From positions 15,148-79,147 of the forward strand of contig CAZETA010000001.1 in NCBI GenBank assembly GCA_964514995.1: a DNA stretch of 64,000 nt, read 5' to 3'. Source of the stretch: an uncultured Gammaproteobacteria bacterium (lineage in GTDB: Bacteria; Patescibacteriota; Patescibacteriia; Magasanikbacterales; GWA2-37-8). The notes beneath the pieces are model-generated. The model saw only the letters and a program-made list of their open reading frames with translations. It made no database searches and was not told where the DNA came from. Numbering within the stretch: the stretch's first letter is position 1; every line of letters begins with the position of its first letter. Below, piece after piece: positions 56,560 through 64,000 of this stretch. Both the position numbers and the translations under genes were made by a program.

Positions 56560-58086
56560 TTATTTTGCATATTCTACTACCCGTGTCTCGCGGATGATAG
56601 TAACGCGGATTTCGCCAGGGTACTGTAGCTCCTGTTCGATCTTTCGGGCGATGTCTTTAGCTAGTTGGAAGGCGGAATAGTCGTCTACTTCGTTTGGTTT
56701 GACAAATATTCTGATTTCACGACCGGCTTGAATAGCGTAGACTTTGTCGATGCCAGGGAAAGTTTTGGCTGTGTTTTCGAGTTCTTCAAGACGTGCTACG
56801 AATTGTTCATAGCTGTCCTTGCGCGCGCCAACGCGAGCGCCGGAAATAGCATCTGCCGCTTTGGCGATGGAGGAGTAGATATTATAAGGCTTGTCTTGGT
56901 GATGAGTGAGAGCGGCTTGGCAGACATCTTCGTCAATGTTGAATTTCTTGAGGATCATATAACCGATTTCCGGATGTGATCCTTGGGTTTCTTGATCGAC
57001 AGCTTTGCCAATATCATGGAAGAAGCCACACTTCTTGGCTTTAGCTGCATCGAGGCCGAGTTCGCTGGCAATAATTCCAGCTAGATAGCCGGTCTCCATA
57101 GAGTGGTTGACTATATTTTGACCGTAGCTGGTGCGGTATTTGAGACGGCCAACAATGCTGACAAGTTTCGGATCGATGCCGGTAATACCCATTTTGTAGA
57201 GCGCCTCCTCACCAGCCTTTTTGATATCAATGGCCAAATCTTGCTTTGCTTTTTCCACAAACTCTTCAATGCGAGCAGGTTGAATGCGTCCGTCAGCCAT
57301 GAGTTTTTCCAGAGCAAGTTTGGCGATTTGGCGGCGAATAGGGGAGAAACCCGACACAACGATGGCGTCAGGTGTATCGTCGATAATGATTTCACAACCA
57401 GTCAGCTTTTCAATAGTTTTAATGTTGCGGCCTTCTTTGCCGATGATACGTCCTTTCATATCTTCGCTCGTAAGCTGTACCGCGGTAGAAGTGATTTCTG
57501 CGGCATGCGAAGAGGCGCAGCGCTGGACCGCGTCGGCGATCAGGTTGCGAGCTTTTTCTTCGTAGACTTCGTTACCCTCTTTTTCTAATTTTAAGACTCT
57601 CGCAGTGAGATCTGCCTTGCTCTGCTCTTCCACGCGTTTCAGAAGCTCTTCTTTGGCCTCGTCTTTATTCAGGTTGGAGATAGTTTGCAGCTTGGTAACT
57701 TCTTGTTCGTGGAGCTTGTCTATCTCGGTTTTTACTTTTTGGATCTGATCTGCTTTTTCTTGAAGTTTTTTCTTGTCGTTTTCTAGCTCTAAGATTTTTT
57801 GGTCGAAGAGATTTTCTCGTTTTTCCAATCTTTCTTGCGCGTTATGCAGATCTTGGCGAAGCTGTTTTTCTTCTCGTTTTACCTCCTCCAGCAATTGGGT
57901 TGCTTTTTGCTGTCCTTCCAGAACAATTTCTTGTTGCTTGGTTTTAGCTTCTACCAGCATTTTTTCTGCCTTGGCCTCAATGGAGTTTGCTTCAGCCTGG
58001 GCTAATTTTTTTCGTAGGACATATCCGATACCAAGGCCAGCGCCTGACCCTACTATCACGAGGATGGCCCATGTTACATTACTCAT
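56560..58086 (-). CDS. rny: Ribonuclease Y
   Basis: N-terminal TM, coiled coil, KH domain KGRIIGKEGRNI, RTSYGQN, HD motif FHDIGKA, YAIQAGREIR. ATG at 58086. Confidence 0.96.
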   Translation of the reverse strand: MSNVTWAILVIVGSGAGLGIGYVLRKKLAQAEANSIEAKAEKMLVEAKTKQQEIVLEGQQKATQLLEEVKREEKQLRQDLHNAQERLEKRENLFDQKILELENDKKKLQEKADQIQKVKTEIDKLHEQEVTKLQTISNLNKDEAKEELLKRVEEQSKADLTARVLKLEKEGNEVYEEKARNLIADAVQRCASSHAAEITSTAVQLTSEDMKGRIIGKEGRNIKTIEKLTGCEIIIDDTPDAIVVSGFSPIRRQIAKLALEKLMADGRIQPARIEEFVEKAKQDLAIDIKKAGEEALYKMGITGIDPKLVSIVGRLKYRTSYGQNIVNHSMETGYLAGIIASELGLDAAKAKKCGFFHDIGKAVDQETQGSHPEIGYMILKKFNIDEDVCQAALTHHQDKPYNIYSSIAKAADAISGARVGARKDSYEQFVARLEELENTAKTFPGIDKVYAIQAGREIRIFVKPNEVDDYSAFQLAKDIARKIEQELQYPGEIRVTIIRETRVVEYAK

Positions 58087-58172
58087 ATATTTATAAATAT
58101 AATCTCGCTCGCTCGCCCCGCTAAGCGGGGACTCACTCACTTCGATTATACACAAAAATTTCTCAAAATCTT

Positions 58173-58362
58173 GAGTTGTTACCGAGAAGAATATTGAAGA
58201 AGATGAAGGGCTTTATTTGCCGGAAAAATACAAAAATCCAGACAGTTTTGTCTGTGTTGCGCTTTGTTTGAAGAGTTTTTGTAGTTTGGCTGGCATAGCC
58301 TGTGTCTAAGCTTTTTTGTGCTGATCTTAGCAGATTCTTCGTTCAAAAGTTCGGTAATTCCC
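58173..58362 (-). ncRNA. Candidate 6S-like rod-shaped RNA upstream of rny
   Basis: About 190 nt; end-to-end closing stem, central unpaired region, inner stem and apical hairpin; own promoter. Confidence 0.45.
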
Positions 58363-58391
58363 AAAGATCATTAATTATTAAAACTGGCTAT

Positions 58392-58420
58392 ATGATAGCA
58401 TCTTTGGGTTTGGGTGTCAA
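58392..58420 (-). promoter_or_regulatory. Sigma70 promoter with extended -10
   Basis: TTGACA-17 bp-TATCAT with TG at the extended position. Confidence 0.75.
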
Positions 58421-58469
58421 ACATCAGAATTAATTGTCATTCTGAACGAAGTAAAGAGCACCCGTCTGG

Positions 58470-58679
58470 TTAGATATCCATCTCTTCGACACCTCTTCTC
58501 CAATTTCCCTCTGGTTTAGAGGGAGGAATCGGTGTTTCGCCAGTGTTAGGAGAATCTCTACGTATCCCAATTTCAGGTCTTCGGTCTTGTGGTTGATTTT
58601 TTTCTCTTTCTTTTCTTAAAATATCTTCTATAATCCATGGGTCAAGTGGGGCCGCTTCTTTTTTATCAGGATTAGACAT
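58470..58679 (-). CDS. Small hypothetical protein
   Basis: 69-aa ORF directly after truB; LDPWIIE...RRGVEEMDI. Confidence 0.6.
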   Translation of the reverse strand: MSNPDKKEAAPLDPWIIEDILRKEREKNQPQDRRPEIGIRRDSPNTGETPIPPSKPEGNWRRGVEEMDI

Positions 58680-58688
58680 ATGCTTATT

Positions 58689-59393
58689 TTAATTTTTAAT
58701 ATTTATAGCTTTGGTTAATACATAGCTGCCGATTTGGGTGCGGACGAGTTCTTGGCAATAGGCACCGGTGCCGAGTTTTTGTCCGATATCATGCGCGAGA
58801 GTGCGGATGTAGGTGCCGGCTGAACACTGAACTTCAATTTTTAGTAACGGCCAAGTGTATTTTAGCACTTTTATCGTATGTATTTCAATCTCGTTCGGTT
58901 TTCGTTCCACCGTAACGCCTTTTCTCGCCAGATCATACAATCGTTGACCTTTTATTTTCTTCGCGGAGAACATCGGCGGAATTTGGCTTTGTTTGCCGAG
59001 GAATTTTTTTATAATAGCAAGCACTTCTGCTCGAGTTGGCTTTTTCGGTTTTTTGTCCGAGTTTGAGAATTCGGAAATCTTGCCTGTTTTATCTTGGGTA
59101 TCGCTGACCTCGCCAAGTTTGATCGTGGCGATATAGGTTTTGCTCATTTTTTTGAATGTGTCCAATAATCTTGTTGATTCGCGACCAACCCCGACGATGA
59201 GTAGTCCGGTGGCAAAGGGATCGAGGGTGCCGGCATGTCCAATCCTGATTTTTTTTGTTTTTGCATCACCAGGTACTTTGACCATGCTTTTGCCTGATCC
59301 AAAAGACCCTGTATCTCTTAATTGTTTGCGCACAAAAGCAACCGCGTCAAAACTGGTCCACCCTTCGGGTTTGTTGATAAGAAGAAAAGACAT
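58689..59393 (-). CDS. truB: tRNA pseudouridine(55) synthase TruB
   Basis: INKPEGWTS, GHAGTLDPFATG, QIPPMFSA.K..G.RLY.LAR, GTYIRTLA.DIG. Confidence 0.96.
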   Translation of the reverse strand: MSFLLINKPEGWTSFDAVAFVRKQLRDTGSFGSGKSMVKVPGDAKTKKIRIGHAGTLDPFATGLLIVGVGRESTRLLDTFKKMSKTYIATIKLGEVSDTQDKTGKISEFSNSDKKPKKPTRAEVLAIIKKFLGKQSQIPPMFSAKKIKGQRLYDLARKGVTVERKPNEIEIHTIKVLKYTWPLLKIEVQCSAGTYIRTLAHDIGQKLGTGAYCQELVRTQIGSYVLTKAINIKN

Positions 59394-59548
59394 AATTCTA
59401 TAGATGTAGTATGGAGTAATTTGAGAGAACAGGCAATAGCCTTAGTGCGCTTGACTTAGTTTTAAAATGTTATAGTGTTGTTATACAGTTCTCAACGATG
59501 CTTTGCTGCCATGGTGGCTGCTCGCACTCTTGAGACAAGGAATTCGCA

Positions 59549-59872
59549 ATGAGCCAGCAACAAGGGCTTGTGAACAAGTTCAGGCGGGTGGTCATCATAC
59601 GACTTCACGCGAGTGGCAGGATCGCCATCTACATCGATGATGGTGAAGAAGACATCCGCAAGAGAGCGCAGGAGGAGGGGGGGACCTGGGACTGCCTGGG
59701 TCACTTCCTGATCAACTGGGGCCGCTACTCTTCGGCTTCATCAGTGGAGCTTCTGCTGAATGCGATCAGTGGACTAGACTCTAGCGGCTTGTTCGAGGGA
59801 TGGCTGCTGGTGCTGTTGGGCGATCTCGCCAATTGGATGGTGGATTTGAAGGTGGGGATGGACGACGAGTAG
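59549..59872 (+). CDS. GC-rich orphan protein (107 aa)
   Basis: AAGGA SD-like motif before ATG; elevated GC; followed by long hairpins and a terminator. Confidence 0.6.
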   Translation: MSQQQGLVNKFRRVVIIRLHASGRIAIYIDDGEEDIRKRAQEEGGTWDCLGHFLINWGRYSSASSVELLLNAISGLDSSGLFEGWLLVLLGDLANWMVDLKVGMDDE

Positions 59873-60013
59873 TATGTGCCTGATAGTAACATCGTCGTCT
59901 CATGGTATGGTGTGCGGCATGATGGTGTGGCAGTCGTCAGTACTAGGTCTCCCATCACAGCTTTGTTTGTAAAGATTACATACAAAGCTGTGGAGACCTC
60001 CTCTATGCGTATT

Positions 60014-60038
60014 AAAAAGTACCTGATAGGTGCTTTTT
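60014..60038 (+). terminator. Intrinsic terminator
   Basis: AAAAAGTACCT-gat-AGGTGCTTTTT. Confidence 0.7.
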
Positions 60039-60118
60039 AATTATCTCGTTATAATTGACTTTCCTTCTGTTCTTCTATATACTATCACTTATTCTATAAG
60101 TACTTTACAGACTTTATT

Positions 60119-62134
60119 ATGAACGTTTCCGAACTTGCCAGACAACTCCGCGTCCATCCGCAAAAACTTTTGCAAATATTGCCTGAGTTTGGTTTTGATA
60201 TCGGCGCGCGGGCGGTGAAAGTAGATGATCGGGTAGCTCAGCAGATCCAGCGTCAGTGGAAACGCATCAAACTTATTTTAGAGCAGCGGGAAGAGCAGGA
60301 AAAACAAAAACAAAAAGAATTGGAAAAAGAAGCTCGTAAAAGTAGTGGTGTAACTGTTGTTATTCCAGACAAGTTGACTGTCCGAGAATTGGCCGATGTC
60401 TTGCAAGTGCCGGTGACTAAGCTCATTATGGAATTTATGAAAAACGGTATTTTAGCCACTCAGAACGAAAATATCGATCACGATACGGCGGCACTTGTGG
60501 CGCAAGATATGGGTTTTACTATTACTGAAGCGGCCAGAGAAGTACAGGCAGAAGAAACAGAACATGTAGAAAATCTAGAAAATATTTTAACAAAAGACGT
60601 TGGTGTGTCTCGACCGCCAGTCGTAGTCGTTATGGGTCACGTTGACCATGGTAAAACAAAGTTGCTTGATTCTATTCGTAATACAAATGTCATGGGGGGA
60701 GAAGCCGGCGGTATTACTCAGCATATCGGCGCGTATCAGGTTGTCTGGACAAACCCAAAGACCAAAGAAAAATCTCCATTAACTTTTATTGATACCCCTG
60801 GCCATGAAGCTTTTTCCGTGATGCGTGGTCGTGGCGCGAAAGTGGCTGATATTGCAGTACTCGTTGTAGCCGCTGATGACAGTGTAAAGCCGCAGACTGT
60901 GGAAGCGATAAAAATTATTAAAGCCGTGAAGTTGCCAATCGTGGTGGCTATAAATAAGATTGATAAAGAAGGCGCAGATCCGAAACGTGTTCGCGCTGAT
61001 TTGTCGCAGCATGATGTGTTGGTCGAAGAATGGGGTGGCGATACGCCAGTGGTAGAAATTTCCGCTAAACAGAATCTTAATATCGATAAACTGCTTGATA
61101 TGCTACTGCTCGTAGCAGATGTGCAGGCAGATACTATCAAAGCCAATCCTGACAGAGCTGCGGCTGGTACGGTGATTGAAGCTCACGTAGACAAAGGTGA
61201 AGGTCCAGTGGCTACGGTACTTGTGCAGACTGGTACACTTCGGCTCAATGATCCGCTTGTTATTAACGGTGAAATTTACGGCAAAGTTCGGGCCATGAAA
61301 GACTATAAAGGAGAAAATTTGACCGTGGCAGGACCAAGTTGTCCGGTTCGTATTTTGGGTTTCAAAGTCGCGCCGCAAGTTGGAGATATTTTGGATGTTG
61401 GCAGTGCTTCCGCCGCTTCGGCGATAAATATTAAAGAAAAGAGAACGATGCAGTCAGGCGCGGAACGGAAAATTGTTTCTATGACCGCCGATCCAGAAGA
61501 GGAAGACCAGAAAAAAGTTTTGAATTTAGTTATTAAAGCTGATACGCTCGGATCGCTGGAAGCGATTATCGGATCACTCGAAAAAATTAAAAATGAAGAA
61601 GTGGGTGTACGAGTAATCGGCAAAGGTTTAGGAAATGTGATGGCTGATGATGTGGCCAAGGCTGAGACCGCACACGCCGTTGTGTGCGGATTCAATGTAG
61701 TGCCTGTGCCGCTGGCAAAGAATATGATTCAAGACAAAAATATACAGTTTTTGCAATTTAGTGTAATATATGATTTGATCGATTTTGTAAAAGCTGAACT
61801 GAAGAAATTGCTTAATCCGGAAAAAATTGTTATTGAGTTGGGCAGTTTGCGCATAGCTGCTATCTTTAGAACTGACAAGAGTAGTATGATCGTCGGTGGT
61901 CGGGTAGAATCTGGAAAAATTAAAAAGGATGCCCGTGTGCGTGTGAAAAGGAATAAAGAAATCATCGGTCAAGGTAAGATCGGCCAATTGCAGTCTGGCA
62001 AACAGGCGGTTAATGAATTACCGGAAGGTAATGAAGGCGGTCTGCAGTTTGATGGCAAGCTAAAACTTGAAGTAGGGGACGTGCTGGAAGCGTATACGGA
62101 AGAAGAGAAGGAAAAGAAACTCGTTTTAGAATAA
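60119..62134 (+). CDS. infB: Translation initiation factor IF-2
   Basis: RPPVVVVMGHVDHGKT, EAGGITQHIGAY, DTPGH, NKID, KAD..GS.EA. Confidence 0.97.
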   Translation: MNVSELARQLRVHPQKLLQILPEFGFDIGARAVKVDDRVAQQIQRQWKRIKLILEQREEQEKQKQKELEKEARKSSGVTVVIPDKLTVRELADVLQVPVTKLIMEFMKNGILATQNENIDHDTAALVAQDMGFTITEAAREVQAEETEHVENLENILTKDVGVSRPPVVVVMGHVDHGKTKLLDSIRNTNVMGGEAGGITQHIGAYQVVWTNPKTKEKSPLTFIDTPGHEAFSVMRGRGAKVADIAVLVVAADDSVKPQTVEAIKIIKAVKLPIVVAINKIDKEGADPKRVRADLSQHDVLVEEWGGDTPVVEISAKQNLNIDKLLDMLLLVADVQADTIKANPDRAAAGTVIEAHVDKGEGPVATVLVQTGTLRLNDPLVINGEIYGKVRAMKDYKGENLTVAGPSCPVRILGFKVAPQVGDILDVGSASAASAINIKEKRTMQSGAERKIVSMTADPEEEDQKKVLNLVIKADTLGSLEAIIGSLEKIKNEEVGVRVIGKGLGNVMADDVAKAETAHAVVCGFNVVPVPLAKNMIQDKNIQFLQFSVIYDLIDFVKAELKKLLNPEKIVIELGSLRIAAIFRTDKSSMIVGGRVESGKIKKDARVRVKRNKEIIGQGKIGQLQSGKQAVNELPEGNEGGLQFDGKLKLEVGDVLEAYTEEEKEKKLVLE

Positions 62135-62140
62135 AGAAGT

Positions 62141-62533
62141 ATGAATCATGAAGCTAGAAAAATTAATAGCTTTGTTGATTTGAATGCATGGCAAGAAGGA
62201 CATAAATTAGTTTTGCAAATTTACGGGATTACTAAAAAATTTCCTGCAATAGAAAATTTCGGTTTGATAAGTCAGATGCAAAGAAGCGCTGTATCAATTA
62301 CCTCAAATATAGCTGAAGGTTTTGGCAGACAAACATTCAAAGATAAAGTGCATTTTTATTATATTGCTTCCGGATCGTTGCTGGAACTGCACAATCAACT
62401 TATAATTGCTAAAGATCTGAAATATATCTCAGTAGAAGAGTTTAATAAGATTGGCAATCAATTAATTGTCACCCATAAGATAGTTAACGGCTTAATTAAA
62501 AGTTCAAAATCTCGCATTATTCAAAATTCTTAA
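62141..62533 (+). CDS. Four-helix-bundle protein (23S rRNA intervening sequence / bAvd-like family)
   Basis: F.DL.AWQ; FP..E.FGL.SQMQRSAVSI.SNIAEGFGR; IA.GSL.E..NQL.IA.DL.Y. Confidence 0.9.
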   Translation: MNHEARKINSFVDLNAWQEGHKLVLQIYGITKKFPAIENFGLISQMQRSAVSITSNIAEGFGRQTFKDKVHFYYIASGSLLELHNQLIIAKDLKYISVEEFNKIGNQLIVTHKIVNGLIKSSKSRIIQNS

Positions 62534-62551
62534 TTCTTTATTCTAAACTAT

Positions 62552-62872
62552 ATGGAACATGTCTTTACCGACGCAAATTTTGATCAAGAAGTTTTGAAAT
62601 CAACTACACCTGTGTTTGTAGATTTCTGGGCGCCATGGTGCGGTCCATGTCAGATTATGGGTCCGATTGTTGAAGAAATGGCAAAGGGCTATGAAGGCAA
62701 AAATGTTAAAATCGGTAAATGCAATGTCGATGAGAATCCTGAAGTTGCCGGCAAATATAATATCATGAGTATTCCTTCGTTCTTACTCTTTAAAAATGGC
62801 GAAGCGGTAGATCAGGTGGTGGGTGGAACGCAGAAAGAGAAATTACAGTCGATGATTGATAAGCATCTATAA
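62552..62872 (+). CDS. trxA: Thioredoxin
   Basis: VDFWAPWCGPC, NVDENP, SIP. Confidence 0.95.
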   Translation: MEHVFTDANFDQEVLKSTTPVFVDFWAPWCGPCQIMGPIVEEMAKGYEGKNVKIGKCNVDENPEVAGKYNIMSIPSFLLFKNGEAVDQVVGGTQKEKLQSMIDKHL

Positions 62873-62890
62873 AAATTTTGAGAAAAAAAT

Positions 62891-62915
62891 AAGACGGCCT
62901 ACCAGGGCCGTTTTT
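62891..62915 (+). terminator. Intrinsic terminator
   Basis: AAGACGGCC-taccag-GGCCGTTTTT. Confidence 0.75.
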
Positions 62916-62971
62916 GCTTGATTATTTATATGAAAGTAATTATACTATTACAATAATCAATGCGAATTAGT

Positions 62972-64000
62972 ATGAGTAAATACGACCCAAAAAAGATAGA
63001 GCCAAAATGGCAAAAGTACTGGGAAAAGAATAAAACCTTCGAAGCCGGAGAAGACAAAACCAGAGAAAAATTCTATGGTTTGATTGAGTTTCCGTATCCG
63101 TCGGGTGAAGGGTTGCATGTTGGCCATCCACGTCCGTTTACGGCTATGGATGTGATTTCTCGCAAGAAGCGAATGGAGGGAAAAAATGTTTTATTCCCGA
63201 TTGGTTTTGATGCTTTCGGGTTGCCAACCGAAAACTTTGCCATCAAAACCGGCAAAGCCCCGGCAGAAGTAACGAAAAAAAACATTGCCAATTTTACGCG
63301 CCAGCTCAAGATGCTTGGCTTTAGTTTTGATTGGTCGCGGCAAGTTGATACGACTGATCCGAATTATTATCGCTGGACTCAGTGGTTGTTTTTACAATTT
63401 TACAAACACGGTTTGGCGTATAAGAAGAATCAACCGATCAACTGGTGTCCAAAAGATAAAATTGGCTTAGCTAACGAAGAGGTGGTAGGCGGTTGTTGTG
63501 AACGCTGTGGCACACCGGTAGAAAGTAGAAATAAAGAACAGTGGATGCTCGCGATTACCAAATATGCGGAAAAATTACTAGCAGGTTTGAAAGACGTAGA
63601 TTATATTGAACGCGCGCGAGTGCAACAGGAGAATTGGATTGGCAGAAGCGAGGGGGCAAGAGTTGCTTTTGAAATTAAGTCACAAAGCGAGCCAACATTC
63701 TATCAATTTTCTGAGCCGGGAGCTATTAAGGACGGCGAACCATTTACCGAGCGTGATACTATTGTCGCTATCGTTAAGCATTGGAAAGAAGATAAGTATT
63801 TAGGTCTTAAATGGAAGAAGGTGGCTTGGGAGACTTTTATAACCGGCGGAGTAGAACCAGGCCAAACTCCAGAAGAAGCTGCAAAAAGAGAAATCTACGA
63901 AGAGACAGGCTATAAAAATATTCACTTTGTAAAAAAAATTGGCAAGATACATTCCAAGTTTTTTCATGTACCGAAAAAACAGAATATGTTTATCCATCCT
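62972..64000 (+). CDS. leuS: Leucine-tRNA ligase with inserted Nudix domain (3'-truncated by window)
   Basis: Absent from the ORF track because it has no stop in the window. Translated by hand: [22 protein letters not shown] (HIGH motif), [36 protein letters not shown]. Confidence 0.95.
   Translation, partial: MSKYDPKKIEPKWQKYWEKNKTFEAGEDKTREKFYGLIEFPYPSGEGLHVGHPRPFTAMDVISRKKRMEGKNVLFPIGFDAFGLPTENFAIKTGKAPAEVTKKNIANFTRQLKMLGFSFDWSRQVDTTDPNYYRWTQWLFLQFYKHGLAYKKNQPINWCPKDKIGLANEEVVGGCCERCGTPVESRNKEQWMLAITKYAEKLLAGLKDVDYIERARVQQENWIGRSEGARVAFEIKSQSEPTFYQFSEPGAIKDGEPFTERDTIVAIVKHWKEDKYLGLKWKKVAWETFITGGVEPGQTPEEAAKREIYEETGYKNIHFVKKIGKIHSKFFHVPKKQNMFIHP

Noticed and set aside
58087-58155. N-terminal extension of RNase Y given by the ORF track
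   Set aside because: It runs through a hairpin element; the ATG at 58086 directly precedes the TM anchor.
62141-62533. Possible diversity-generating retroelement suggested by the bAvd-like gene
   Set aside because: No reverse transcriptase or TR/VR repeat pair is visible in the window.

Overview
A 64-kb chromosomal window from a small-genome bacterium, most consistent with Patescibacteria/CPR (Parcubacteria-like). Supporting signs are compact housekeeping genes, mostly A/T-rich start contexts without Shine-Dalgarno motifs, CPR-type pilins and surface proteins, and genetic code 11. Core genes include uvrB-uvrA-uvrC, rpsA, ftsH, a PilB/GspE ATPase, recG, radA, clpC, PMM/PGM, lemA-htpX, rseP, pheS/pheT, dnaE, tsaD, two HU genes, rny, truB, infB, trxA, a 5' part of leuS, tRNA-Glu and tRNA-Met. 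The best candidate for an undescribed system lies at 48.5-52.6 kb. It comprises an OmpR-type regulator, an unannotated 36-39 aa peptide ending GDPWFG (Trp at -3), a membrane histidine kinase, and a two-domain isoprenoid-synthase-fold enzyme. Together these resemble a ComQXPA-like prenylated-peptide quorum-sensing cassette built from non-canonical parts. Other notable items are three GC-rich orphan mini-gene cassettes with long 3' hairpins, a highly structured RNA in front of a small PD-(D/E)XK nuclease, a 6S-like RNA candidate upstream of rny, an in-frame palindromic insertion in tsaD, a Nudix domain inside LeuRS, and domain loss across UvrABC. All calls come from reading the sequence by eye; no searches or folding programs were run.
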